The notes under the pieces: generated by a model
The model's input: the letters and a program-made list of their open reading frames with translations, nothing else
Database searches by the model: none
What the model was told of the DNA's origin: nothing
Shown here: piece by piece, positions 1-9,151 of the stretch
Layout: each line of letters opens with the position of its first letter
Numbering within the stretch: position 1 is the first letter of the stretch
Translations under genes and position numbers: made by a program
From: an uncultured Phycisphaerales bacterium
GTDB lineage: Bacteria > Planctomycetota > Phycisphaerae > Sedimentisphaerales > Anaerobacaceae
Length of the DNA: 64,000 nucleotides
Direction: 5' to 3'
NCBI GenBank assembly: GCA_963718665.1
Contig: OY970359.1
Span: 896,001 to 960,000 of the forward strand

Positions 1-91
1 TTAAATGTACCCATCACGCCTCATTTTTATACGCAATTTATTATCGCAATGAATATCATCGGCCTTGAGTTTGTAGGACAGAGACGACATT

Positions 92-1036
92 TTATATTTG
101 CAATTTCAACCTCTTTTTCATTTTTTCCTGGAGCCCTGATAGGGCTTTAGGGCTTATTGACCATCCTTGATTGATTAAGCTATTTACTATGTTCATAAAC
201 ATCTTCTTTGGTGGAGGAGGTACATCTTCTATGAGATATGCATTATCACCCTCAAGGATAATGGAAAGTATGTTATACATCTGGGTATTGGACACTTCTA
301 TCTGGAATTCCTCAATTAGAAAAGGATTTTCAATTTCTTTTAGTGCAAGATTCTCTCGTCTATTATCAAAACCATCGCCGTTAATGTGGTAAACCTCATA
401 CCCGTCTGGTATTTTGCCATGCATATATTCCCAAATTGTATTATGCATCAGGATAACTTTGCCATTATCGTCAGTTCTATAAGCAAATTCAGGCTTATTC
501 AATAATATCCTTTTGTCAGGACTTAAAAGCAAATCCCTGATGGAAAGACTTATATCAAGCATTCTGTTATATATGTCTTTTAGCAAATTACTATCGAGTA
601 TTTTTTCGAATCTGACAGTAGTATTTTTTCTCCCTCTATGATTTTTGTACGCATTTTCGGCACTACAATAATATAGCTTATCTTCTCTTATAGAATAAAA
701 CACATAAAATGAATTCGGGGAGTTTAGCAAATAATTTAGATTAGAAGCGGCCACAGAATAGCTAAAACTGCCATCTTGGTTTTTCTTCTTATTTGAAGAT
801 TTAATTTGTGCGTGACACCTAATATTAGTTGGATGCCCGCCATTATCCACGAGGGCTTCGATAACTAAATCGACACCATAATCGTTTTTAGATTCTTCTC
901 TCACGACAAACCAAGGGTCAGTGAAGAGTTCGCAGAACTTTCTGACTCCTAAATCACTATTAATATGCGATATCGAACGTCGAGGTAAGCTACCATAATG
1001 CGGGTTATCTAAACTTCTGGAATCCTGGGCCACCAT
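92..1036 (-). CDS. DUF4365-like PD-(D/E)xK domain fused to HNH (HNH_3-like) domain
   Basis: N-terminal REESKNDYGVDLVIE...AQIKS resembles DUF4365; C-terminal LMHNTIW...EVYHINGDGFDNRRENL resembles HNH_3; AT-rich. Confidence 0.7.
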   Translation of the reverse strand: MVAQDSRSLDNPHYGSLPRRSISHINSDLGVRKFCELFTDPWFVVREESKNDYGVDLVIEALVDNGGHPTNIRCHAQIKSSNKKKNQDGSFSYSVAASNLNYLLNSPNSFYVFYSIREDKLYYCSAENAYKNHRGRKNTTVRFEKILDSNLLKDIYNRMLDISLSIRDLLLSPDKRILLNKPEFAYRTDDNGKVILMHNTIWEYMHGKIPDGYEVYHINGDGFDNRRENLALKEIENPFLIEEFQIEVSNTQMYNILSIILEGDNAYLIEDVPPPPKKMFMNIVNSLINQGWSISPKALSGLQEKMKKRLKLQI

Positions 1037-1102
1037 ACTTACTTCCTTATTATTTATAAAAACATCTGCCGTCTGTATCTTTGAACGTCGCCTTGAAAAC
1101 TT

Positions 1103-1489
1103 TCATAACTCACCTGCTTTTCTTAGAGTGTTTACAACTGTGAATGCACCAACTAATATCACATATATGAGAATTATTGCCTCTAACGTAAAGACAGCAA
1201 TACCCAGCGCATAAGCAACTTTCCATTTAATGTTAAAATCTGCGGTAATCTCATGGATTGATTCTTCTAAGGTCGATATTTCAACGATTATATCTGTGTA
1301 AAAAGCAATAATTGCTAATAAAAGTAGTAACGAAATAGCCCAGGTTTTCTTCATCCAAGTATAAACGCTACAAATTAACCAAGCCAAGCCCCAGAGCAAA
1401 TTTCTTGATGGAGTGAAAAAATATGGAAGACTGATAAGCACACCAATTATCGCTACGAGCTTATACTTAAAGAAAACCGAGAGCTTCAT
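1103..1489 (-). CDS. hypothetical membrane protein
   Basis: 128 aa ORF with about 4 hydrophobic segments in the same AT-rich islet. Confidence 0.6.
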   Translation of the reverse strand: MKLSVFFKYKLVAIIGVLISLPYFFTPSRNLLWGLAWLICSVYTWMKKTWAISLLLLLAIIAFYTDIIVEISTLEESIHEITADFNIKWKVAYALGIAVFTLEAIILIYVILVGAFTVVNTLRKAGEL

Positions 1490-1647
1490 AGTTCACCGGA
1501 ATAACCAGAATAATTAGGGACAGCCGTATTTTTTTTATTTACTTAATAACTACCGGAAAGCAAAGTTGACGGTCCAAGGTGCGAATCTCTTCCAGGCCAT
1601 AAGGCAACAGTATATCGTCAAAGTGGGAGGAAAAGCAAGGATTTTGA

Positions 1648-1695
1648 TTTAGTCGTTAGTCGATAGTGGTTGGTCGTTAGTCGTCAGTCGTTAGT
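1648..1695. repeat. degenerate heptamer tandem array (TTAGTCG)n
   Basis: ttagtcg ttagtcg atagtgg ttggtcg ttagtcg tcagtcg ttagt. Confidence 0.9.
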
Positions 1696-1700
1696 AAACT

Positions 1701-1821
1701 GGGCCCCCTGTTGCAAAACCAACGCAGTAACTTCTCGGGGGCAGGCGGGCGGATGCGGAAGAACCCTGCCATTCTCCGACGTAACTCGTCGGAGTAAGTG
1801 GCAGGGCTAAGTATTTTAAGG
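1701..1821 (+). repeat. structured dispersed repeat, copy 1 (candidate ncRNA or non-autonomous element)
   Basis: Aligns with 43499-43609 (37/40 identical over the 5' core) and with 32954-32993; CCCTGCCA/TGGCAGGG stem with inner hairpin. Confidence 0.8.
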
Positions 1822-1858
1822 AAGAAAAAACGGCGTTTTTTTTGTGCGTCCCTTCGGC

Positions 1859-1881
1859 TGGTTCGACAAGCTCACCACAGG
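1859..1881. repeat. short palindromic repeat GGTTCGAC..GCTCACC (intergenic copy)
   Basis: tggttcgacaagctcaccacagg; relatives at 29140, 30664 (opposite strand) and 34114. Confidence 0.8.
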
Positions 1882-1955
1882 TCGCTACGCTTGCTTAGGG
1901 CCTGCTTTGTGGTAGAATCTTTGCGTTGAAAAACTACTTTTGGAGATGATTGGAT

Positions 1956-3218
1956 ATGGCAAAGGCGAACGCGATAGTGGCACAGTCGGGCGGGCCGACG
2001 TGCGTAATCAATTCGAGCGTGTGCGGGGTAATTCAGGAAGCAGCGAAAACGAAGAAAATCGGCAGAGTGCTGGCGGCACACGACGGCATATTGGGTGTTT
2101 TGAAAGAAGAGCTGTTCGACGCATCGGCGGAAAAGGCATCGGTAATCGAAGCACTGAAGCGAACACCCGCGGCGGCGATGGGGTCGTGCAGATACAAACT
2201 CAAATCCTTAGACCAGGCACAATCGGATTTCGACAGGGTATTGGACGTTTTCAAGGCGCACGATATACGATATTTTTTCTACGCGGGCGGCAACGACTCA
2301 ATGGATACGGCGGACAAGGTAAAAAATATAGCGGCACAACGGGGATATGAGCTTGTCTGCATCGGGATACCGAAGACGATTGATAACGATTTGGCATATA
2401 CGGACCATTGTCCGGGATTCGGAAGCGTGGCAAAATACGTGGCGACCTGCGCGATGGAGGCGGGGCGGGACAATGAAGCGTTATCGACTTTCGACACGTG
2501 CAGCATCGTTGAGGTGATGGGCAGGAACGCGGGCTGGATTGCGGCGGCATCGGGATTAGCGACAAGAGAGCCGAAGGACGCACCGCATCTTATTTATATG
2601 CCTGAGGCGGCGTTTACGTTTGAGCAGTTAATCAGGGACGTTAAAGAGGTTTACAGGGAATTCGGCAGGGTGTTTATTATCGTGGGGGAAGGGCTGAAGG
2701 ACGAAAAAGGCAATTATGTTACCGCGGAAACCGCAGGGTTTGGCAATGACGCCTTCGGGCACGCGCAATTAGGCGGAGTGGCGGAGATGCTCAAAACGAT
2801 AATCGAAAAAGAGGCGGGAATAAAGGCACGCTGGAACAAATTGGGGACACAGCAAAGAAGCGCGATGCACTTCGCGTCGCTTACCGATATCAACGAGGCA
2901 TATATGTGCGGCAAGCATGCGGTTAAGGCGGCGATGAGCGGGGTCAACGGGAAAATGATAACCTTAGTGCGAGCAAAGGGCGAGAAATATAAATGCACGA
3001 CGGGGTTTGCGGAACTGAAAGACGTTGCAAACGGGGAAAAGAAGGTGCCGAAGGAGTTCATAAACGAAAAGGGCAATCATATCACCGAGGCGTGTCGGAG
3101 ATATATCGGGCCATTGATTAAAGGGGAAGCGCCGATAACTGTCGGAAAAGACGGATTGCCCGTGTATGTTCGGCTGGCAAAGAAATGGGTTGAGAAGAAA
3201 CTGCCGAGTTATCTATGA
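1956..3218 (+). CDS. pfp: phosphofructokinase family, PPi-dependent signature
   Basis: AQSGGPT, GGNDS (Asp) and PKTIDND (Lys) PPi-type signature, VEVMGRNAGW. Confidence 0.85.
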   Translation: MAKANAIVAQSGGPTCVINSSVCGVIQEAAKTKKIGRVLAAHDGILGVLKEELFDASAEKASVIEALKRTPAAAMGSCRYKLKSLDQAQSDFDRVLDVFKAHDIRYFFYAGGNDSMDTADKVKNIAAQRGYELVCIGIPKTIDNDLAYTDHCPGFGSVAKYVATCAMEAGRDNEALSTFDTCSIVEVMGRNAGWIAAASGLATREPKDAPHLIYMPEAAFTFEQLIRDVKEVYREFGRVFIIVGEGLKDEKGNYVTAETAGFGNDAFGHAQLGGVAEMLKTIIEKEAGIKARWNKLGTQQRSAMHFASLTDINEAYMCGKHAVKAAMSGVNGKMITLVRAKGEKYKCTTGFAELKDVANGEKKVPKEFINEKGNHITEACRRYIGPLIKGEAPITVGKDGLPVYVRLAKKWVEKKLPSYL

Positions 3219-4462
3219 ATCTGGGCAAATATTCATTCGGGATTGGGGACAGGTTCGGGCTTGAGGGAGATGCCCTGCTTTCGGCAATAATGCAGGCAGA
3301 GAAGGTCGGCGTCGAGGTTACGCCCGTCTGGAACAAGTCGCATCGTGAGCATACGATAATCGGGACGACACCTGAGGATGTCCGCGAAGAGGCGGACGAG
3401 GCAGTTGCGGGGATGGGATGGGGCGGACATTATTTTGTCGATGCGGACCATATAAATCTGAAAACGGCTGATTTATTTGTAAAGGCGAGTGATTTTTTCA
3501 CGCTTGATGTTACGGATTATATAGGCCAGTCGGCAGAGAAGGATGAGATAGATAATTTTATCGACGGATGTGTGAAGTACATTGACGGTCTGGCAGTTCC
3601 GGGGATTGAAGGGAGTATGGTTGTCAGCGAAAACGTTGTAAGGGCAATAGCGGACAGGTATTTGCACGCGGTGAAAGAGGCGGGTGAAATATATCGGCAT
3701 GTAGCATCTAAAAAAGGCGTAGGCAATTTTGTTGTAGAGCTATCGATGGATGAGACGGATACGCCTCAATCACCGGTGGAATTATTTTTTATCCTGGCCG
3801 CGGCGGCGCAGGGGGAGATTCCGGTCCAGACAATCTCGCCGAAGTTTTCGGGCAGATTCAATAAGGGCGTGGATTACGTCGGTGACGTCGGGCTATTCAC
3901 GAGAGAGTTCGAGCAGGATGTAGCGATAGTAGCGTACGCGGCCGAGGAATTTGGATTGCCGAAGAATTTGAAGCTGAGCGTTCATTCGGGCAGTGACAAG
4001 TTTTCGATTTATGGGGCGATTAACAAGGCGCTGAGAAAATTTGACGCGGGACTTCACGTCAAGACGGCAGGGACAACGTGGCTTGAGGAGCTTGCGGGGC
4101 TGGCGATTGCGGAGGGCGAGGGACTGAGGATTGCGAGGCAGATTTACGCGGAGGCATTTTCACAGATAGATGAGCTGACGAAGCCATACGCGACGGTGAT
4201 TGATATTGATAAGGGCAGATTGCCGAGCCCTGAGGTGGTCGCGGAGTGGAACGGGAAAAGATTCGCGGAGGCGCTACGGCACGACCAATCCTGCGGACGA
4301 TATAATCCGGATTTGAGACAGCTTTTGCACGTCGGGTACAAGGTCGCGGCGGAGATGGGGGTGGAATTTACCGATGCGGTAGCTGACTGCGAACGTATAA
4401 TCGAGCCGAATGTAACTGAGAATATTTATCAGAGGCACATTAAACCGATTTTTATCGACTAA
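3215..4462 (+). CDS. uxaE: tagaturonate/fructuronate epimerase
   Basis: SFGIGDRFG, FVDADH, ELSMDE, KLSVHSGSDKF, HVKTAGTTWLEEL motifs; context. Confidence 0.85.
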   Translation: MNLGKYSFGIGDRFGLEGDALLSAIMQAEKVGVEVTPVWNKSHREHTIIGTTPEDVREEADEAVAGMGWGGHYFVDADHINLKTADLFVKASDFFTLDVTDYIGQSAEKDEIDNFIDGCVKYIDGLAVPGIEGSMVVSENVVRAIADRYLHAVKEAGEIYRHVASKKGVGNFVVELSMDETDTPQSPVELFFILAAAAQGEIPVQTISPKFSGRFNKGVDYVGDVGLFTREFEQDVAIVAYAAEEFGLPKNLKLSVHSGSDKFSIYGAINKALRKFDAGLHVKTAGTTWLEELAGLAIAEGEGLRIARQIYAEAFSQIDELTKPYATVIDIDKGRLPSPEVVAEWNGKRFAEALRHDQSCGRYNPDLRQLLHVGYKVAAEMGVEFTDAVADCERIIEPNVTENIYQRHIKPIFID

Positions 4463-4477
4463 ATTCGGGGATAAATT

Positions 4478-5311
4478 ATGAAGGCGTTATTTGATTTGAC
4501 GGGCAAGGTGGCGGCGGTAACGGGTGCGGGCGGGGTGCTTTGCGGGGAAATGGCGAAGGCGCTGGCCTGCGCGGGGGCGAAGGTGGCGGTGATGGATTTA
4601 TCACAAGAAGCGGCAAAAAAGATAGCGAATGAGATAAATGAAGACAGTGGACGGAGGACAGAGGACAGAGCAATCGCGGTGAAGTGTAACGTGTTAGACA
4701 AACGACAATTGGAGGCAGCGAGGAAAAAGATTGTCGCGAAGTTCGACAAGGTAGATATCCTGATAAACGGCGCGGGGGGCAATAGGAAAGAAGCGACGAC
4801 GTCGGAGAGTTTGTCGTTTTTTGATTTGCCGGCGGAGGCGATACGCGGGGTGTTCGATTTGAATTTTCTGGGAACTCTTTTGCCAAGCCAGGTTTTCGGC
4901 AAAGATATGGCAAAGAATGGCTCGGGAGTGATACTGAATATATCGAGTATGAACGCGATGAGGCCATTGACGAAGATTTGCGGGTATTCGGCGGCAAAGG
5001 CGGCGGTAAGCAATTTTACGCAGTGGTTAGCGGTGCATATAAATCAGAATTACTCGAAGGACATACGGGTCAACGCGATTGCGCCGGGGTTTTTCCTGAC
5101 GGAGCAAAACAGGTTTTTGATGACTGATGAAAAAAGCGGGAAGCTGACACCCCGTGGAAAGAGTATAATCGAGCACACGCCGATGGGCAGATTTGGCAAG
5201 CCGGATGATTTGACTGGAACGGTGCTTTGGTTAGTGAGCGACGCAGCGAGATTTGTTACCGGGATTGTTGTGCCGGTGGATGGCGGATTTTCGGCGTTTA
5301 GCGGAGTATAG
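4478..5311 (+). CDS. SDR oxidoreductase, likely fructuronate reductase (D-mannonate oxidoreductase)
   Basis: TGAGGVLC, INGAGGN, YSAAKAA, VDGGFSAFSGV; hexuronate context. Confidence 0.85.
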   Translation: MKALFDLTGKVAAVTGAGGVLCGEMAKALACAGAKVAVMDLSQEAAKKIANEINEDSGRRTEDRAIAVKCNVLDKRQLEAARKKIVAKFDKVDILINGAGGNRKEATTSESLSFFDLPAEAIRGVFDLNFLGTLLPSQVFGKDMAKNGSGVILNISSMNAMRPLTKICGYSAAKAAVSNFTQWLAVHINQNYSKDIRVNAIAPGFFLTEQNRFLMTDEKSGKLTPRGKSIIEHTPMGRFGKPDDLTGTVLWLVSDAARFVTGIVVPVDGGFSAFSGV

Positions 5312-5384
5312 CTTTTACAGAAAACATAAACGTCTGATGTTGAAGGGTCTTGACATTTATATTTGAAAGGTCAGGCGATAAAAT

Positions 5385-6803
5385 ATGGCTGAAACTTTTA
5401 TGTCCGAGGATTTCCTGCTTCAAACCAGAACAGCCCGTATTCTATATCACGAGTACGCAGCCGGTATGCCGATTTTTGACTATCACTGCCATATTTCGCC
5501 TCGTGAGATTTCGGAGGACAAACAATATCAGAACCTGACTCAGATCTGGCTTTATGGCGACCATTACAAATGGCGGGCAATGCGAGCCAACGGAATCGAC
5601 GAGAGATACTACACAGGCGAGGCAACCGATTTTGAAAAATTTCAAAAATGGGCCGAAACCGTTCCAAAGACAATCCGCAACCCGCTGTTCCACTGGACCC
5701 ATCTGGAATTAAAAAGGACATTCGGCATCGCCGACAAGCTCCTCAATCCTGATACCGCAAAAGAAATCTATGACAAATGCAGTCAAATGCTGCATTCGCC
5801 GGATTTTTCGTGCCGGAATCTGCTGCGAAAGGCGAATGTGGCGTGCATCTGCACCACCGATGACCCAACCGACACCCTTGAGTTTCATAAAAAACTGAAG
5901 GATAGCAAGTTTGAAATAGCAGTTCTGCCCTGCTGGCGGCCTGATAAGGCGATGGCTACGGAGAATACCGCCGGATTAAACAAATGGATTGATGCGCTGT
6001 CCGCCGCGGCTGATATTGATATAGTCGATTATCGCGACTACATTGAGGCATTGACAAAAAGACACGAATTTTTCCATTTAAATGGATGCAGGATAAGCGA
6101 CCACGGACTTGATACACCTTACGCCTCGGACTTCACCGATTCCGGGCTTAAAAAGATATTTGCCCAGATTCGAACGGGCAAAAACATCGATGGAGAAGAC
6201 ATTGTCAAGTTCAAATCGGCAATGATGTATGAATTCGCTCAAATGGACTATGAAAAGGGCTGGGTTCAGCAATTACATCTGGGCGCACTGCGGAACAATA
6301 ATACGCGAATGTTGAAGACCCTCGGCCCCGACACGGGTTTCGATTCAATCGGCGACTTTGAAATCGCCCGCCCATTGGCAAGATTCCTCGACAAGCTCGA
6401 CAGCACTGGGAAACTTCCCAAAACAATAGTTTACAATATTAATCCGAGAGACAACGAGCTTATCGCCGCGATAGCGGGCAACTTCCAGGACGGTTGCTGT
6501 CCCGGCAAGATTCAGTTTGGCCCGGCCTGGTGGTTCCTTGACCAAAAAGATGGAATGCAAAAGCAGATTGAAGCCCTTTCGAACCTGGGGCTTCTCAGCC
6601 GGTTTGTAGGTATGACGACCGATTCAAGAAGTTTCCTGTCTTATCCGAGGCACGAGTACTTCCGCAGGATATTGTGCAACATTATTGGTAACGACGTTGA
6701 AAACGGGCTAATACCGCCCGATATTGAATTGACCGGCGGTATGGTGCGGGACATCTGCTACAACAATGCGTGTAATTATTTTTCAATTCAGACAAATGAA
6801 TAG
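5385..6803 (+). CDS. uxaC: uronate (glucuronate/galacturonate) isomerase
   Basis: PIFDYHCH, GDHYKWRAMR, CTTDDP, WWFLDQ, TDSRSFLSYPRHEYFRR. Confidence 0.95.
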   Translation: MAETFMSEDFLLQTRTARILYHEYAAGMPIFDYHCHISPREISEDKQYQNLTQIWLYGDHYKWRAMRANGIDERYYTGEATDFEKFQKWAETVPKTIRNPLFHWTHLELKRTFGIADKLLNPDTAKEIYDKCSQMLHSPDFSCRNLLRKANVACICTTDDPTDTLEFHKKLKDSKFEIAVLPCWRPDKAMATENTAGLNKWIDALSAAADIDIVDYRDYIEALTKRHEFFHLNGCRISDHGLDTPYASDFTDSGLKKIFAQIRTGKNIDGEDIVKFKSAMMYEFAQMDYEKGWVQQLHLGALRNNNTRMLKTLGPDTGFDSIGDFEIARPLARFLDKLDSTGKLPKTIVYNINPRDNELIAAIAGNFQDGCCPGKIQFGPAWWFLDQKDGMQKQIEALSNLGLLSRFVGMTTDSRSFLSYPRHEYFRRILCNIIGNDVENGLIPPDIELTGGMVRDICYNNACNYFSIQTNE

Positions 6804-6847
6804 TCGGAACCACTAACAAAGAGCGGATATATTCTTCTCAGGAGTAC

Positions 6848-7756
6848 ATGATGTCGGATGCAGCAACAGCGTTGAAGGAGTTTAAGGTAACCAAGTCGTT
6901 TTTTGTGGGGATTGATTCGGACGGGTGCGTATTTGATACTATGGGGATAAAGCAGCGGGAGTGTTTCTGCCCGTGGACGGTGGCGTGTTTTGGTTTGCAG
7001 CCGGTGGCGGAGGCGGCGAGAGAATGCAGGGTATTCGCAGATTTATTCAGTAAAACCCGTGGTGCGAACAGGCACAAGACGCTGAAAAAAATTTTGTCGG
7101 AATTGCTGCCGAATCATCCGCACGTAAAAGAGAGAGGATTTAAGGTGCCGCAACTGCCTCATTATTTCGCGTGGGTCGATGACCCCAAGAGCATCCTGAG
7201 CAATGACGGATTAAAGAAGGCGATTGAGGCGGCGAAAGACCCGATGGTGAAGAAAGAATTAGAGCAGGCGCTGGACTGGAGCAAAAAGGTGAACCAGGCG
7301 GTAACGGATATCGTAAAGGGGATACCGCCCTTCCCGTACGTGCGGGAGAGTTTGGAGAAGGTGCAGCCGAAGGCCGACGTTATAGTGGTTTCGGCAACTC
7401 CTGGCGAGGCGCTTGTGCGGGAATGGGAAGAGCACGATATCGCCAAATACGTCACGGTCATCGCGGGCCAAGAGATGGGAACAAAGGCCGAGCATCTTGA
7501 ATATGCGACGAAAGGCAGATACGATAAGGACCATGTTTTGATGGTTGGCGACGCTCCGGGCGACCTGAAGGCGGCAAAAGCGAACGAGGCGTTATTTTAC
7601 CCGATAGTGCCCGGCAAAGAGACGGAGTCGTGGAAGCGGTTTTTTAATGAGGCGTTTGACAGATTTCTCAAGGGGCAGTTTGCCGGCGTATATGAGCGGA
7701 AGCTGATTACTGAATTCGAGAATTCCCTGCCGGGTAAACCGCCGTGGGAAAGGTAA
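6848..7756 (+). CDS. HAD-family protein, candidate gluconate kinase/phosphotransferase
   Basis: GIDSDGCVFD (DxD), VVSAT, MVGDAPGD; kinase role inferred from pathway context only. Confidence 0.75.
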   Translation: MMSDAATALKEFKVTKSFFVGIDSDGCVFDTMGIKQRECFCPWTVACFGLQPVAEAARECRVFADLFSKTRGANRHKTLKKILSELLPNHPHVKERGFKVPQLPHYFAWVDDPKSILSNDGLKKAIEAAKDPMVKKELEQALDWSKKVNQAVTDIVKGIPPFPYVRESLEKVQPKADVIVVSATPGEALVREWEEHDIAKYVTVIAGQEMGTKAEHLEYATKGRYDKDHVLMVGDAPGDLKAAKANEALFYPIVPGKETESWKRFFNEAFDRFLKGQFAGVYERKLITEFENSLPGKPPWER

Positions 7757-7789
7757 AACACATTGCGGATTTCGGATTGTAGATTGAAA

Positions 7790-7817
7790 TGGATTCCTGC
7801 TTGCGCAGGAATGACAA
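7790..7817. repeat. REP-like palindrome ATTCCTGC-TTGC-GCAGGAAT-GAC, preceded by heptamer repeats (7763-7787)
   Basis: tggattcctgcttgcgcaggaatgaca; related cccgcttcggcgggaatgaca near 9107-9127. Confidence 0.75.
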
Positions 7818-7819
7818 AA

Positions 7820-9094
7820 ATGGTGATTGAACGACAATATGCGGATGGAGTCATCAGCAAAGAGCAGATGCAGGAGGCGGTGGCGGAGTATTTCAGGCGA
7901 CGGAGATACTCCGGCAAAAGCATACTTGTTATCGTCCCGGATAATACCAGGTCCGGCCCCGTCGGCGGGGTGTTCAAAGCCATATTCGATTGCGTCGGGA
8001 ATGACGTAAAAAAATTAGACGTGTTAGTTGCGCTGGGGACTCACCCGCCGATAAGCGAAGAGCAGATTTGTGCCCGGCTGACAATGACACAGAATGAGCG
8101 CAACGGCAAATACAAGTCGGTGAATTTTTTTAATCACCAGTGGGACAACCCGGAGATGTTCAAATTCGCAGGGCAGATTCACGCCGACAAGATAGAACGG
8201 CTGACCAAGGGGCTTTTCCGCGAAGAGGTTGAGGTCACGGTCAACAAGCTTGTTTTCGATTACGATGAGTTTTTTATCATAGGACCGGTATTTCCGCACG
8301 AGGTTGTGGGGTTTTCGGGCGGGCATAAATATATCTTCCCGGGCGTCGCGGGACCTCAAATCATAAACTTTTTCCACTGGCTTGGCGCGGTGATAACGAA
8401 CCCCGCGATAAACGGCAACAAGTGGACAGCGACTCGTGAAGTTGTCGAGAACGCGGCATCATACATAAAAACGCCGCATACGCTGTTTGCCCTGGTGGCA
8501 GATAAGGAACAGGTCAAAGGCATATTCATCGGCGAATGCGTGGAGGCGTGGGAGAAGGCGGCGGATTTGTCGGCAAAGGTGCATATCGTCTATAAGGACA
8601 AGCCCTACAAGACGGTGCTGGGGATAGCGCCGAAGATGTATGACGAGATATGGACGGCTGGCAAGGTAATGTATAAGCTGGAGCCGATTATTGAAGACGG
8701 CGGTATGCTGATTATTTACGCGCCGCATATCAAAGAGGTTTCGGTAACGCACGGCAAAACAATCGAGCAGGTCGGCTATCATACGCGAGATTATTTCCTC
8801 AAGCAGTGGAACAAGTTCAAGGATTATCCTCTCGCGGCGATAGCTCACTGCACGCACGTCAAAGGAATCGGCACGTATAACAACGGCGTGGAAAAGCCGA
8901 GAATCAACGTCGTTTTGGCGACGGGGATAAGCAGAGAGCGATGCCAGAAGATAAACCTGGGCTATATGGACCCGGAACAAATTGACATCGCAAATTACGA
9001 GGGCAAGGAAGATAAGGGAATTTTGGTTGTTCATGACGCGGGTGAGACGCTGTATAGATTGTCGGACGGTTCTATACCAAGAATAAGAGAATAA
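7820..9094 (+). CDS. lactate racemase (LarA) family protein, candidate D-mannonate/D-gluconate 2-epimerase
   Basis: PDNTRS, ALGTH, FNHQW, PHEVVGFSGGHKYIFPG, FFHWLG; start uncertain (7811 or 7820). Confidence 0.8.
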   Translation: MVIERQYADGVISKEQMQEAVAEYFRRRRYSGKSILVIVPDNTRSGPVGGVFKAIFDCVGNDVKKLDVLVALGTHPPISEEQICARLTMTQNERNGKYKSVNFFNHQWDNPEMFKFAGQIHADKIERLTKGLFREEVEVTVNKLVFDYDEFFIIGPVFPHEVVGFSGGHKYIFPGVAGPQIINFFHWLGAVITNPAINGNKWTATREVVENAASYIKTPHTLFALVADKEQVKGIFIGECVEAWEKAADLSAKVHIVYKDKPYKTVLGIAPKMYDEIWTAGKVMYKLEPIIEDGGMLIIYAPHIKEVSVTHGKTIEQVGYHTRDYFLKQWNKFKDYPLAAIAHCTHVKGIGTYNNGVEKPRINVVLATGISRERCQKINLGYMDPEQIDIANYEGKEDKGILVVHDAGETLYRLSDGSIPRIRE

Positions 9095-9151
9095 ACACCC
9101 GGCCCCCCCGCTTCGGCGGGAATGACAGATATATAGAAAGGAAATCATAAA

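Noticed and set aside
1648..1695. Tandem repeats as a CRISPR array
   Set aside because: 7 nt units with no spacers and no cas genes; the same holds for all other arrays
1701..1821. Assignment to a known riboswitch or ribozyme (cobalamin, c-di-GMP, HDV-like, twister)
   Set aside because: Only fragments resemble them; I could not place the full conserved cores by eye
7763..7819. N-terminal extension of the LarA ORF (MRISDCRLKWIPACAG)
   Set aside because: It is the translation of heptamer and REP-like repeats; the true start is downstream. The same applies to the extensions of ORFs called at 40113 and 53999
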